Source: Aureliella sp. (GTDB lineage: Bacteria > Planctomycetota > Planctomycetia > Pirellulales > Pirellulaceae). Taken from it: a stretch of DNA of 64,000 nucleotides. The position numbers were made by a program, and so were the translations under genes. The DNA lies in assembly GCA_963691875.1 (NCBI GenBank), contig OY829846.1, positions 352,001 to 416,000 of the forward strand, given 5' to 3'. The notes beneath the pieces are model-generated. The model worked only from the letters and a program-made list of their open reading frames with translations, did not search any database and was not told where the DNA came from. Each line of letters begins with the position of its first letter. Position 1 is the first letter of the stretch. Of this stretch, positions 1 to 11,230 are shown one piece after another.

Positions 1-311
1 GGGGATAGCAGTTGGTTTATACCCCGGATCCAGCGTGATTGAGGGTGCCGTGGGCGTCAACTTTTAGACGGTGCTTGGAGGCAGCCCACCTGAGTTAACT
101 GATCCACCCTGTTTCGGCCGATGGGAAAAGACGACCATCAGGTTAACTCTGTTTCGCAGGTCGCTGTTAACGGATGTGGCTCAGTTTCTAATCCGGTTGC
201 CATCGCTACAGAGCGACCGAAAGCGACTCGAAATCAGCAAGTGCTTTGCTGGTGAGGATTTGCAATAATCGATCTCGCGAGAGTCGTTACGAAGAGAGTT
301 TTGTACGGGGA
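1..311 (-). mobile_element. Left end (non-coding leader) of a subfamily-2 rve/DDE transposon; its transposase would lie left of the window
   Basis: Colinear and highly similar to 35455-35764, which sits upstream of the minus-strand transposase at 35413. Ends in TTTTGTACGGGAG, matching TTTTGTACAGGGAGG. Confidence 0.8.
26..311 (+). ncRNA. Candidate structured RNA, subfamily-2 transposon leader (copy 1)
   Basis: Stems GAGTTAACTGAT/ATCAGGTTAACTC, ATCC/GGAT, GGTTGC/GCGACT, TCGCT/AGCGA, ATCAGCAA/TTGCTGGT and TACGAA/TTTGTA are shared with the 35.5-kb copy. G-U pairs are on the + strand. Confidence 0.45.
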
Positions 312-707
312 GCCGCTGTGCGATCTACACTCGGAAGTCCACCGAGGAAGGCTTGCAGCAAGAATTCGACTCGCTTGATGCACAACGCGAGTCGTCTGAG
401 TCCTTCATCGCGAGCCAGATGCACGAACGTTGGACTTTGCCTACCGACGCACTACGATGATGGCGGATTCCCTGGCGGAAATATGGATCGGCCGGCACTA
501 CAACGATTGATGGATGACATCGAGGCCGGAAAGATCGATTGCGTTGTGGTCTACAAAGTTGACCGCCTCAGTCGTTCGCTACTCGATTTCTCTCGCATCA
601 TTGAGATGTTCGATCGAACGGAGGTATCGTTCGTTTCGGTAACCCAGCAATTCAACAAGATTTGCAGTATGGGGCGGCTGACTCCGAATATCCTGCGTTC
701 GTTCGCC
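312..707 (+). pseudogene. Serine recombinase (resolvase N-terminal domain), frameshifted and truncated at both ends
   Basis: Reads [26 protein letters not shown], then a frameshift near 435, then [33 protein letters not shown]. Similarity stops after RSFA. Confidence 0.9.
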
Positions 708-729
708 GTGGACTGCTGAACTCGGTTCG

Positions 730-1707
730 CTACTTACGAAGTTCGATTCTCCGAAGTTGCCCATCGGTTCCACCCACGGCGACACTCCCATCTTTCGGGT
801 GCACAGCAATTGCGTAAGCCCAACCGTCAATCGCGGGTAGATTCTCTGTGACTTCGACTTCGTCCGCGTCAATCACCCGGATGCGACCATCCACGCAAGC
901 CGCCAGAACCAGGGCACCATCGTTCGTCCAGGCAATGTTCAGTGGCTCGGCCTCTATACGAACATAGCGGACCATGCGGCCAATCGTTGGTTGCCAAAAT
1001 CGAATCGTGCGATCACCAGCCGCCGAAGCGACCATCGGAAGGCCGTCCTCGGCAGGGCGCAGCGTCAAGGCGTTTACAGATTTTATGTGTTGGTTCAGGC
1101 TTTGGAGGAGTTCAGTAGATTCCAGGTCCCAGACCCGCAGCGACTGATCGACACCCGCGCTCACGAACGTTTTGCGGTCCTTCAGCAAGCAAATTGCGAT
1201 GACGCTTCGCGAGTGGCCCTCGTAGGTGAGGCGGGCTTTTGCCCCCGTCTCTAAATTCCATAGTTTGATCTCGCGATCGATACTTGTCGTTAACAGCCTG
1301 GAATCATCTGCCCAGGCAATCGACCGAACAGAATCGTGGTGGTCATCGAATGTCGCAATCAGCTCTCGCTCTGGCCATGAAAAGACTTCAACCACACCGT
1401 CCTCTGCTGGACGGCCACCGCCTACAGCAAGGTGCTCGCCATTCGGCGAGAACGCGAGGCAATGAAGATTCGATGCTGAAACCTCAAGCGTCCTTTTGGG
1501 GATCAGTTCGGGCCAACTGTATTCATGCAATCCAGCTTGGCTCACCGCAACAACCGACTCTCCTTCCAGCGTAAAAGCTAAAGCGGTAATCGGTGGTTCG
1601 GTAGCGGACACCACGCTCGTGAGGCACGCCCAAAGTAGCAGACACAATGCACTATAACGATGGCGTTGCTTGAATCTGGTTATCATGTTGTTCGTGTTCC
1701 GGCACAC
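730..1707 (-). CDS. Exported WD40-repeat beta-propeller protein
   Basis: GHS..V/HHDSV..W and IKLWNL/LRVWDL repeats plus a signal-like N-terminus. Lies downstream of the DUF1501 gene. Confidence 0.9.
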   Translation of the reverse strand: MCRNTNNMITRFKQRHRYSALCLLLWACLTSVVSATEPPITALAFTLEGESVVAVSQAGLHEYSWPELIPKRTLEVSASNLHCLAFSPNGEHLAVGGGRPAEDGVVEVFSWPERELIATFDDHHDSVRSIAWADDSRLLTTSIDREIKLWNLETGAKARLTYEGHSRSVIAICLLKDRKTFVSAGVDQSLRVWDLESTELLQSLNQHIKSVNALTLRPAEDGLPMVASAAGDRTIRFWQPTIGRMVRYVRIEAEPLNIAWTNDGALVLAACVDGRIRVIDADEVEVTENLPAIDGWAYAIAVHPKDGSVAVGGTDGQLRRIELRK

Positions 1708-1725
1708 AAAGTGTGCCTACGACTT

Positions 1726-3066
1726 CTATCCAACTATTTCCGCAATCGCCGTCGCGCCATCGGGTACCACGCGAACGGGCCGACCGTCACTGGTAAGCAA
1801 TTCGTGCCTAGGATCAATGCCAAGAAGCGTATATATGGTTGCGGCGAGGTCGGATGGCGTAATGGGATTGTCTTTGGGGAGTTCACCGAGCGTATCACTG
1901 CTGCCGATGACTTGGCCACCGCGAACTCCGCCCCCCGCCAATGCGATGCTGAAGACATTGGGCCAGTGATCTCGGCCACCGTTGGCATTGATCTTCGGTG
2001 TGCGGCCAAACTCCCCCATCACAACGACCAGAGTCTCGTCCAACATACCGCGTTCCGAAAGGTCCTGGATAAGTCCACTAAGTGCTCTGTCAAGTGACGG
2101 CAAGTGAGCATTCTGATCAGTGGGATAACGCTGCTTCAGTTTGATGATATCCTGGTGTGCATCCCAACCGCTGCTATTGACGGTCACAAAGGGCACACCT
2201 CTTTCAACCAGTCGACGAGCCAGCAAACAGCTCTGGCCAATGCTGCTTCCGCCCGTGCGGCCGTAGCGATCGCGAACACTTTCCGGCTCGTCGGACAGTT
2301 TGAAAGCTCCCTTGGCGGACGGCGACGCGATCAGATTGTAGGCTCGTTCCAAATCGGGATCAGGTTGCGAGGAAGGCGAAGCGTCTTTGGCTCGATGGAA
2401 TTCATCGAATGAGTTTACGAACTGTCGGCGGCGGTCGAGGCGCGTGAGGTCTAGACCGCGATAGAAGTCGAGGTCGCGAACTTTGAAATCGCGACGTTCG
2501 GGATTTCCGCCAACGGAAAACGGCGCTGCCACGCTTGGTAGGAATCCGTTGCCGCTCACATTCCCACTGAATTTGGGAACGGCGATGTTGGGAGGAAGAA
2601 CGCCCGAATGTTCTCGTACATGGGAAAGCGTTGCTCCAAAGGTTGGGTACTCCAACGCGGCGGAGGGCATGTAACCAGTCATCAGGTAATGCGTGCCAAA
2701 GTTGTGTTCGCCCAATGGAGAGGTCATCGACCGAATGATCGTTAGCTTATCCATCACTTGAGCAGTACGCTCAAGGCACTCGCCGACTCGGACGCCAGAG
2801 ATATTCGTCGCAATGACCTCCAACGGACCTCGCACCTCCTCTGGTGCATCTGGTTTCGGATCGAAGGTTTCAAGATGGCTAGGACCACCATCCAGCCAAA
2901 TTAGAATGCATGACTTCGCTTTTGGTTGTAGCGAAGTCTCGGCAGCGATGGCTTTTTGTAGACGGAAGAAGTCGCCAAGACCAAGACCTAAAGCGGAAAG
3001 CCCTCCGATTCGAATGAGGTCGCGGCGCGTTACTCCGTCGCATCGTTTTGCTGATTTCATTTTCAA
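1726..3066 (-). CDS. DUF1501 family protein (Tat signal)
   Basis: TRRDLIRIG, WLDGGPSHLETFDPKP, LLARRLVERGV, GEFGRTP, GRDHW. Confidence 0.95.
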   Translation of the reverse strand: MKMKSAKRCDGVTRRDLIRIGGLSALGLGLGDFFRLQKAIAAETSLQPKAKSCILIWLDGGPSHLETFDPKPDAPEEVRGPLEVIATNISGVRVGECLERTAQVMDKLTIIRSMTSPLGEHNFGTHYLMTGYMPSAALEYPTFGATLSHVREHSGVLPPNIAVPKFSGNVSGNGFLPSVAAPFSVGGNPERRDFKVRDLDFYRGLDLTRLDRRRQFVNSFDEFHRAKDASPSSQPDPDLERAYNLIASPSAKGAFKLSDEPESVRDRYGRTGGSSIGQSCLLARRLVERGVPFVTVNSSGWDAHQDIIKLKQRYPTDQNAHLPSLDRALSGLIQDLSERGMLDETLVVVMGEFGRTPKINANGGRDHWPNVFSIALAGGGVRGGQVIGSSDTLGELPKDNPITPSDLAATIYTLLGIDPRHELLTSDGRPVRVVPDGATAIAEIVG

Positions 3067-3129
3067 GTTCTCATCTGTATGCCGTTCTCCTCGCTCTCAC
3101 GAGAGATGGAGTATGGCAGTCGTAGTCAG

Positions 3130-5280
3130 TCAGTGATTCGTCAAAAATTCACTACAAGTCAACAGGCCCCATACGAAATCTTCGAGAAAAGCTCGCTGAT
3201 CATCGCTCGATTTCAGACTTTTTAGCTTGCCGTTCCAATGCTCTTGCTCTTGGTCTGATGGATTTCGGTTGAATGCGGTCAGATAAAACGCATTCACAAT
3301 TTCCATCGGCTGCTTGCCGGCGGATTGCAGTTGATTCAGCCGACTGCCCTCCACGGCGATCCGAGCATTCAGCAGAGCACCGTTGAACAGATGCAGCATC
3401 TGTGGAAGGTCGCCCATCGCTCCCTCTGAACTCTCACATGATTCGTCACGCCCGCAGCGGCCAAGAATGTCGAGCGTTCTCGAAGGCGTCTTCGGATTGA
3501 CTAGCATGACTGCTCGCGTCCCATCCGGTTCGTTTCCGTAGGTGTCGGCAACACCCAGCACATCCGAGATTGCATCCGCCAAGACTTCGGGTTCTAAGGG
3601 CTTTGTGTTCGCGTGTGAATAGAAGCTGTCATCGCTCTTGTTCTGATCGGTGGCGTTTGCACTGCGAGCGTACGTTGTGCTATTTGCGATTAAACGTAAT
3701 GTGTGTCGTAGACGGTAGCCGTTACTTTGAAAATCCTCGGCCAACTTGTCCAGCAAAGCTGGGTGGGTGGCGGGGTTGGTATCGCGAAAATCATCCACTG
3801 GTTCGACCAGCCCTCGTCCCATCATCCGCTTCCAAAGGCGGTTGACGATTGCCTTCGCGAAGTACGGATTTGATGAGTCCGTCAGCCAATCAGCCAACTG
3901 CTGGCGCCCGTCCATTGAATTCTCGGCGAGGAATTTCTCGCCCGGGAGACGCTGAATCGCCGGTTCAAGCGTCCGCGGGTGAATCGTTTGACCGTTCGGT
4001 TTCTCGCCCACGACTTTTCCTCGATCCACCTTGGCGAAAACTGCTGCCAGGCCGTGATAATCATCCTGAGTCCAATGGTCGAGCGGATGGTTGTGACACT
4101 TTGCGCAACGCAGGCGGCTACCCATGAACAGCTCACTCGCGAATTCAGCCTGTTCGCGTTGTCCCGAGACGGTTCGATAGAAGTTAGCCGGGCCGGATTC
4201 GTGCGTATCTCCCGTAGCCATGATCAAGGCCCGCACAAATTGCCGATAGTCAACGTCATTCCTAATCTGTTCAGCAACCCATTTGTGATAGGTCAGGGAG
4301 CCTTGACTATCATCTTGCTGGGGCTGGATTCTCAACAGCTTTGCCAATTGCAGCGTCCAATACTCGTTGAACTCGTCTGCTTGAAGCAACTCATCCACGA
4401 GCAGCTCGCGTTTGTAGGTTCGGCTATCTTGAAGAAATTCGTTGACTCGATCTGCCGAAGGAAGCCGCCCTGTCAGGTCGAGAGAGACTCGACGAAGGTA
4501 GGTTGTATCGGCGCACCGTGACGACGGTGTCAAGCCAAGCGTCGCGAGTGATTCGAGTACTTCGTCATCAATGAAATTGTGCCGAGACTCATCCGATAAA
4601 TCGATATTGGAATCCGTGAGCGGCACAATCAACTCAATGGGAACCACCTTGCTCAAGTACCGCGCAACGACGATGTGTCGACCTCGCCGGAGGATTTTGG
4701 ACGTGGCTGATTCCGGATCGACATCCACCGCTGACGAATCCTCAGCCGAGAAAACCGTCCATTGAGTAACATCTCTCGACGTGCCGTCGGAGTAATTGGC
4801 GACTGCGCGGAGCTTGATCGGTTCGCCGAGCGACTTCGCCAGGTGTTTCTTTGGAGTGATCTCAACGCTGGACAGATCACGCCGGGATTCTTTGCCAGCA
4901 CCTTGCTTGATCCAATTGAGCAATAGTTTAGCGCTCTCACTGTCGTCATCAAAGACGGCTCCTCCACCATGTTCAGCATATTCAGTGGGCTTCAGGAGTA
5001 TCAGGCTTTCGTCCGGATTGGAAAGATTGACGCGGCGACCATTCATCTGTCGGACGACGGCTTCAAAATCTGCTTCCGGATTGCCTCCGTAAAGCGAAAG
5101 CTTGAATCCACCGCGCCCAATCGCTGCTCCATGGCACGCTCCTGCATTGCACCCATGTTTAGTAAACATCGGAATAAGGTCGTTGCGAAAGCCTACCTTT
5201 TCTCTCGGTGATTCCGCACTTCCTACCGAGACCACCGCTACGATGAGAGTCAGAGATTGGAACAGCGTCTTCATATCCAT
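3130..5280 (-). CDS. DUF1549/DUF1553 protein with Ig-like domain and CxxCH motifs
   Basis: GCNAGACHG, YLRRVSLDLTGRLP, CAKCHNHP, NRLWKRMMGRGLVEPVDD, THPALLDKLA. Confidence 0.95.
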   Translation of the reverse strand: MDMKTLFQSLTLIVAVVSVGSAESPREKVGFRNDLIPMFTKHGCNAGACHGAAIGRGGFKLSLYGGNPEADFEAVVRQMNGRRVNLSNPDESLILLKPTEYAEHGGGAVFDDDSESAKLLLNWIKQGAGKESRRDLSSVEITPKKHLAKSLGEPIKLRAVANYSDGTSRDVTQWTVFSAEDSSAVDVDPESATSKILRRGRHIVVARYLSKVVPIELIVPLTDSNIDLSDESRHNFIDDEVLESLATLGLTPSSRCADTTYLRRVSLDLTGRLPSADRVNEFLQDSRTYKRELLVDELLQADEFNEYWTLQLAKLLRIQPQQDDSQGSLTYHKWVAEQIRNDVDYRQFVRALIMATGDTHESGPANFYRTVSGQREQAEFASELFMGSRLRCAKCHNHPLDHWTQDDYHGLAAVFAKVDRGKVVGEKPNGQTIHPRTLEPAIQRLPGEKFLAENSMDGRQQLADWLTDSSNPYFAKAIVNRLWKRMMGRGLVEPVDDFRDTNPATHPALLDKLAEDFQSNGYRLRHTLRLIANSTTYARSANATDQNKSDDSFYSHANTKPLEPEVLADAISDVLGVADTYGNEPDGTRAVMLVNPKTPSRTLDILGRCGRDESCESSEGAMGDLPQMLHLFNGALLNARIAVEGSRLNQLQSAGKQPMEIVNAFYLTAFNRNPSDQEQEHWNGKLKSLKSSDDQRAFLEDFVWGLLTCSEFLTNH

Positions 5281-5313
5281 CGCACCTCGAAGGCTTGTTT
5301 CGGATCGCCCATT

Positions 5314-6216
5314 TTATTGGCGTTCGGGAAATGCGGCCCTAATAATTTCTCCCGCTTCTGCGCGAGTGAGCTTTCCCGCACGCACGAATTCTCGCACCTT
5401 CTCACCCAACGCCGCTTTTTCCGTGGCCTGAGGATCATTGCCAGCGTCGTCTCCTCGACGACCACGCATTTGCATCCCAGCTGCTTCATCGTTGGCGGCC
5501 AACCAGCCTGCAACGGTTTCACGATCCTCGTCGATCAATTCCGCGATGCCACCCATGACATGTGGATCCGGAAGGAGCATGCCTTGGCGAAAGACAAAGT
5601 TGCGAGTCACCTTGCCTTCTTTCGCTAGGATTATTGTTTGCGCGATAGTTCGGTTCAGCCCGTACGAGCCGGGCCCGTCCCGACCGTCCGTTGAAACCGC
5701 CACCACATCGATTCCTTGCTCACGCATTCTCGAAAACAGTTGCCCAAAACTGCTATTGATTTTGTCCGGATCGTCGGCAAGGAACACGCAGGAGATCTTC
5801 AGATCCTTACCCGACTGCCTATTGATCGTGCCAATTGCCCTACCGATACCGAACAACCCTCGAATGGCAACACCGCTTTCATCCTGAAAAAATAGGACGT
5901 GCGGTTTGTCACCTGCGGCAGCAATAGGATCGAACTCTTTGCCTTTCTCCTCTCCAATAAGGCCGACCACCTTAATTGCCGAAACCTTCTCGCCAGGTTG
6001 AGGCCCGGAGAAGACCGCTTTACCCTCCGCCTTGAAGTGGTCGGGATCCTTCACGCCAACCTCTTTTTTAAGGTATTGACGACGCCCTTTTATCACGCCG
6101 CGTTGTTCTCGATATTCGGGTTCGGGTTGCTCTGGTGCTCTCGTTTCTGATTCCTGTGCAAGACTCAGTGGGCCAAATAGGCCTACGAGGATCATTACAA
6201 TTTCGTATCGCTTCAT
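5314..6216 (-). CDS. Exported hypothetical protein, possibly thioredoxin-like fold
   Basis: ORF with signal peptide (MKRYEIVMILVGLFG) and VFSGPQPGEK, DGRDGPGSYGLNR motifs. Start placed at ATG 6216. Confidence 0.7.
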   Translation of the reverse strand: MKRYEIVMILVGLFGPLSLAQESETRAPEQPEPEYREQRGVIKGRRQYLKKEVGVKDPDHFKAEGKAVFSGPQPGEKVSAIKVVGLIGEEKGKEFDPIAAAGDKPHVLFFQDESGVAIRGLFGIGRAIGTINRQSGKDLKISCVFLADDPDKINSSFGQLFSRMREQGIDVVAVSTDGRDGPGSYGLNRTIAQTIILAKEGKVTRNFVFRQGMLLPDPHVMGGIAELIDEDRETVAGWLAANDEAAGMQMRGRRGDDAGNDPQATEKAALGEKVREFVRAGKLTRAEAGEIIRAAFPERQ

Positions 6217-6482
6217 TTCGTCTTTCCTCTTCCGAATTAGCTGTATTACTTTTTCTGCAGTCCTCGCGCGAATCATTTTGAACCTGATTGGTGGCGGAAG
6301 CGTGATGATCATGATCAACGTGCTCCGTCTAAAAATTTTTCGGAATGCTGACCAATCACTGACCGTCGCCGCCAGTATACCCTAGTCTTAACGCGAAGTC
6401 GCCTTCCTCATTAGCTTCTGGGGCTCCGAGAGAAGAGTTTCCACGTCGTCACACTCGGACAGGTTGTAGAACAACTGCGACA

Positions 6483-7916
6483 TCATAGCATCAGTTCTTC
6501 AAGTGGTCCTTTGAGATCTAGATGCTTCAGATTGGAGTCAGATTGCCCGAAAGTCTGTGGAGTCTGCATGCCGGCGGAATGCATTAGTGAGAGGTAGAGA
6601 CTACTGACGGTGCGGTGGCCTGGATCACCATATTTCGGGTATTCGACATAGCGTCCCGTTTTCAATTTGCCGCTCAAGCCACCTAGCAGGACAAACGGCC
6701 AGTCATGCCCGCTGCAATGGTGATCGCCGGAGGAACATGACATGTAGATGATCATGGTGTTGTCGAGCATGGTTCCGTTCCCTTCCGGGATACTTTCGAA
6801 TTTTTCCGCCATAGCTGCGATCTGTTTGAGATGAAGTTTTTCTATCTCCATTCGGGCTTTGTGACCTGTCCATCCGTTGGACGCTGTGTTTTCCTGGAGA
6901 TGGCCAAGGGAATGAACGGAATTTGAGAGCCCGAGTTCTGTGTATTTAACACCTAGCGTATCGGGACGCAGCGTGATGACGTTGGTCAGTCCGGCGATTA
7001 GAGCCGCGGTGGCTATTTCAAAGTGAGATTCGATACGAGCCGCGGGAGCCATGGAATCAAAACGATCGGTTAGTTCCGGAGCGTGCTCACGAATACGGCT
7101 GGTCAGCGAGGCTTTCTTTTCGTCGATACTTCTAAGCGACTCAAAGGAATTCATGTAAAGTGCGAATCGTTCTTTTTCATCCCCGGTCAGTTGCTTCTCC
7201 ACCCGCCGAGCGTCCTCGGTAAGGAAGTCCATGAGTCTGCCATTCAGTGCAAGCTTCTTTTGACGCTGCTCAGGAGTTGCGACGGCAGAACCGAATAGTT
7301 CTAGAAACGCTTTGCGTGGCGAACCCTGAAATGCAACCGGTTTCGCCGCGTCGTAGGCAGAGAGATTGGGATAACAGTAGCTATCTTCCGGTTTCCAGCC
7401 AGTTTCTAGCAAACGCCCGTTCATTGCCATCCCGTACATTGGATAGGGACCAGCTGAGAGATGCTGACCAAGAAGGCAATCCACAGTCGGCGCGACGGCG
7501 ACAGTCTCCGAATCGTGAAGCGAAAGCGTTCCAAACCCCTTCGTGTGATTTCCACGAAAGCCAACACCTGACAGGCTTTGGAGGATGGTCAGGCGAGTTT
7601 TCCATGGCTCAAGTGCCCTAAGTTTTTCGGGTAGCGGTCGCTCGGTCAGTGAGACGTCGACCAGCGGTCCCTCACGTCGCGCACGATTGCCTAATTTCTT
7701 TCCACCGTCAGGATTAATGAAGTGATTTTCCAGATCCCCAGGAACGAGATTGTACTTGTCGATCCCTGAAGATTTGACGACGAACACAAATCGCTTGGGC
7801 AGTGTCTCTTCATTGCCGGAAGCGTGTGCCTGGATCGACCGCAGGCATGTACCCATGCCGATGGACAACCCACCCAAGGAGATATCCTTCATGACTCGTC
7901 GTCTTGAATGTGGCAT
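6483..7916 (-). CDS. DUF1552 family protein
   Basis: Tat-like SRRRVM, PKRFVFV, IPEGNGTMLDNT, WPFVLLGG..LKTGRY. Confidence 0.9.
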   Translation of the reverse strand: MPHSRRRVMKDISLGGLSIGMGTCLRSIQAHASGNEETLPKRFVFVVKSSGIDKYNLVPGDLENHFINPDGGKKLGNRARREGPLVDVSLTERPLPEKLRALEPWKTRLTILQSLSGVGFRGNHTKGFGTLSLHDSETVAVAPTVDCLLGQHLSAGPYPMYGMAMNGRLLETGWKPEDSYCYPNLSAYDAAKPVAFQGSPRKAFLELFGSAVATPEQRQKKLALNGRLMDFLTEDARRVEKQLTGDEKERFALYMNSFESLRSIDEKKASLTSRIREHAPELTDRFDSMAPAARIESHFEIATAALIAGLTNVITLRPDTLGVKYTELGLSNSVHSLGHLQENTASNGWTGHKARMEIEKLHLKQIAAMAEKFESIPEGNGTMLDNTMIIYMSCSSGDHHCSGHDWPFVLLGGLSGKLKTGRYVEYPKYGDPGHRTVSSLYLSLMHSAGMQTPQTFGQSDSNLKHLDLKGPLEELML

Positions 7917-7986
7917 CGATATTGCTTTCCGTCGGTTGTGAGGCTGAAATAAACTTTTTAATCAAATTTCGGTGTTACTGACATTG

Positions 7987-10305
7987 CTAACGCCGGTAAA
8001 GAAACGAATCGGAGCTCAACAGAGAAACTACAAGAGCCCTAAAGCTTCCGCCATTCTCCAGGTAGGCCTGTTCGGCCTCGATTAAGGTTTTTGAGTCACT
8101 AAGCATCTCGTTTCGGCCCAGAAAATAGCGAAATAAGTGACGGATGAACGACTGCCGCACGCGATCTGCCCGTGCCAGCCGGTGCATCATTTCAACTGCA
8201 TTTTTTACGTTGCCATCGACTGTTGCGTCACCTGAGAACACGATAGTCCCAGACGCATCGGCTTTGCGGTGGGAGAGTTTTCCTTGTTCCAGCTGACGTT
8301 TAAACTCACCATCTCGTCTTGTGTAGATTTGGCCGTCTTCGTCGAAGTAATGGTTCTTGCGATAACGACCCCAGTCGTCGAACATCTCAAACGGCTCACC
8401 AAGCGGATTGATCTTACGATGACACTTCCAGCAGCGTTCTGCCCGAAGTGGCTCCATGCGTTCTTTCAGAGTCTTGTGAGGATCGGATGGCACCGCAGCG
8501 TCGACATCTGGCGGTACATCACCAAGCACCCCTGCCAACAACCTTTCGTAGATCCAAATGCCGCGATGAATCGGATCGTTATCTTCATTCAAAGAGTAGG
8601 CTGCCAGCCAAGCCGGATGCGTGAGCAGTCCTGCGCGTTGATCTTTCGGCATTTGCAAGGGTTGTTCAAGTGGCCAATCCCACTTTTGCTCTTCAATCCG
8701 ACTGTTGGTCGGTAAGTTATAAGGCTCAATGTAGAGTAGATCGCCGATCCCGCGTGATTTATGTGTGAATGGATAGCTCGGGAATGGATTCATTCCTTTG
8801 GATAAAGCTGTTTTGTATTTTGCAACAGTCCTCTCTGCATCTTTTCTCGCTGACTCCAACGCCTTTGCGGCTTTTGCGGGCATATCGACAAAGTTAAAAT
8901 CTAGCTCGATCTGCTTGCGGCGAATTTCAACCTGTGCTGCTACAAAGCCTGGGTCCATGACCTCAGCGATTCTCTCTTCATAACGCTCCCGGGCGTACTC
9001 GTTGTTTCCAGGATGCGCGATGAAATACTCATTGGTAGTCAATAACTCGACAATGACGTTCTCGTCTTTGTTCAGGATATGCTCGATTATCATGCGAGCG
9101 TCATGGATCAGCATATCTGTATTCCACTGTGGGATGTTTTCCGCTCGTTTCCGATCGTTGTCTTTGAATACGCTGCCAGCGCGATGAAAACCGAAGAATT
9201 CGTCGAAAAAGCGCATGATCCTCGGTAGATCTTTTCGATCCCAGTGCCCGGTTGTTAGTTGTTCGTCCAGCATCTGATTGACAAGGCGAGCGACATCCTT
9301 CTTCGTCTTTAGTTCATCTCGATGCAACGCTTCGCGAATAAACTTGTTTCGGTCCGGTGTCTGGTCGGTTAAAGCAAACGCCAAAGAATACGCAAGCTCA
9401 TCCGATGATAAATGACGGCGTCCGTACTCATCCACAGCACCCATGCCCAATTCCGTTCGATAAATCGACGGTGCACTCAAGAACATCGCTTTGATCGTCG
9501 TTTTCAGTCCGTCGAGATTTCCGCCAGTCGCGATGCTCTCTTTGAGAAAGGCAAGGTATTTGTTGCGTTCCTCAGGAGTTGGATTACGTCCAATGACTCG
9601 GACGAATTCGCGTCCGATTACTGCTTTAAGCGTATCCTCGTTCGTTATAGGCTGTTCGTTAGTGAACTCCCGGAAATCACCGCGTTTTTCCCGATTTGCA
9701 AGAAACGTATCCGCGACAATAATTGTCATTTGCACCGTACTCTGATCTGCTACGGACAACGCCGCGTAGTCCCGGATCCCTCGTTCCGATGTTACGTAGG
9801 CGAAAGGGCTTTTCGCTTTTCCAAATCCTTTGAATGAAAAAATTTGCGAACTGAATCGCCACAGACGCGATGGAGAAAAAGGCGGAGTTTCGATCTCTCC
9901 AGAAAACAGCTTTTCGTGATTTACCCAATTGCCGTATTCCGGCGCGAGCAATTTTTTACGGTACGCGTCACCTGAACCGGCTGTTAGTAGTTGGCGATCG
10001 ATCCACTCGATGACCGATTCGCGTTCCAATTCCGTCGGTTGGCTTTCTTCATCAGTTGGAGGCATGTCTCCTGCCTGCAATTGTTGAAGAATTTTGAGCC
10101 ACAGAGTTGAGTTTTTCGGCTCGGTAAAATCCGACGGGACATTGTCTAGAGCGACATCCCCGTTTCGCGTTCCCTCGCTATGACAACGTATGCAATGGTT
10201 CTGAATAAAGTTGCTAATCGACGCTTCTGTTTCCATGCCGACGGCTGCAATACTGTTGCTAATCCATAGGGCAAGGATACTGGCGGTGAGACATCGAAGA
10301 GACAT
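7987..10305 (-). CDS. Planctomycete cytochrome-c/DUF1588/DUF1592-type protein
   Basis: N-terminal CIRCH, GDMPP, RAGLLTHPAWL, DPIHRGIWI, CWKCHRKINPLG..E.FD. Confidence 0.9.
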   Translation of the reverse strand: MSLRCLTASILALWISNSIAAVGMETEASISNFIQNHCIRCHSEGTRNGDVALDNVPSDFTEPKNSTLWLKILQQLQAGDMPPTDEESQPTELERESVIEWIDRQLLTAGSGDAYRKKLLAPEYGNWVNHEKLFSGEIETPPFSPSRLWRFSSQIFSFKGFGKAKSPFAYVTSERGIRDYAALSVADQSTVQMTIIVADTFLANREKRGDFREFTNEQPITNEDTLKAVIGREFVRVIGRNPTPEERNKYLAFLKESIATGGNLDGLKTTIKAMFLSAPSIYRTELGMGAVDEYGRRHLSSDELAYSLAFALTDQTPDRNKFIREALHRDELKTKKDVARLVNQMLDEQLTTGHWDRKDLPRIMRFFDEFFGFHRAGSVFKDNDRKRAENIPQWNTDMLIHDARMIIEHILNKDENVIVELLTTNEYFIAHPGNNEYARERYEERIAEVMDPGFVAAQVEIRRKQIELDFNFVDMPAKAAKALESARKDAERTVAKYKTALSKGMNPFPSYPFTHKSRGIGDLLYIEPYNLPTNSRIEEQKWDWPLEQPLQMPKDQRAGLLTHPAWLAAYSLNEDNDPIHRGIWIYERLLAGVLGDVPPDVDAAVPSDPHKTLKERMEPLRAERCWKCHRKINPLGEPFEMFDDWGRYRKNHYFDEDGQIYTRRDGEFKRQLEQGKLSHRKADASGTIVFSGDATVDGNVKNAVEMMHRLARADRVRQSFIRHLFRYFLGRNEMLSDSKTLIEAEQAYLENGGSFRALVVSLLSSDSFLYRR

Positions 10306-10859
10306 TTGTTCGCAGGTGTCGGTACTTACTATAGCTATAAACCCGGTAGCCCACTATGTGCTACCTCTGACGCAAGGTTTCTTGTGTGGATCCCATTATA
10401 CTACTTAACATTGGCTTGCATGGCAGGGACCAATTGTACTTCATTCTGCGTTGTACTCTGCCGATCATGAGCAAGTTCGGGCCTTACGGAATTATTACAA
10501 AAGCAAGGCCCTTGTCCTCGAATCCAGCAACGCTGTTGCACTGAGGTTGCTTAGCATTTTGGCTTTGGGTTTAATTCTCAGCGCCAACGAGTTGTCTCGA
10601 CCGCGTAACCCAAGGCGATTAAAGTAAAGTGGGTCCGCCTCATTCCGATTAAATTTGGGATGCGATTTTTTTGGGGCATGTCCTGCTTGGGTTGTTGGGT
10701 AAATATCATGAACTCGCTGACAAAGAACTTCCTTACCCGTAAAAACAATTTTCGAACGCGCCTTCGTGGCGATCATTAAAGTGTCCGCGGATCAAACCAA
10801 ACAAGAAATCTCGTTCCAGGATCGGTCGACCGCGATTCCTACTCGAACTTATCGGAGTT

Positions 10860-11230
10860 GCTTCTCGCTTCCGCTTCCAGATTCCACCTGGAGTCTTCTC
10901 GAGACCATGGTCATGTGCGGACTCGATTCATCGGAAAAGGATTCGCTGCAACCCTTCTTTAGTGTTCGGGGGATCTTGCGAGGTTGTTTAGTTCCCACGG
11001 ATCCGAGTCGAGATCATATAGCCGCTCGATCTCTTTGAGGCCCGAAGAAGGAAGCCTGTTCTGGGGGTGGATTTTCCGATTTGTACATTTCATAGAGCAG
11101 CGGCATGATGGGTCTGACAATTTTGGTGTCTGGGTGCTTTGGGCGAGAGTCGAACGAAACTTTTTGCATAAATTTGTAGATGTATTTGTTGCCGCTCGGC
11201 CTAACAGTCACGTCAACTTTGGGAAGCCAT
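10860..11230 (-). pseudogene. Sulfatase-like C-terminal fragment
   Basis: A shifted frame reads YDLDSDPWELNNLA, followed by internal stops. No N-terminus is present. Confidence 0.5.

Noticed and set aside
71..268. 65-aa ORF repeated at 35522-35719
   Set aside because: It lies within the transposon leader, has GTG starts without a clear RBS and no recognisable motif. The similarity is explained by the DNA repeat, though a peptide cannot be fully excluded.
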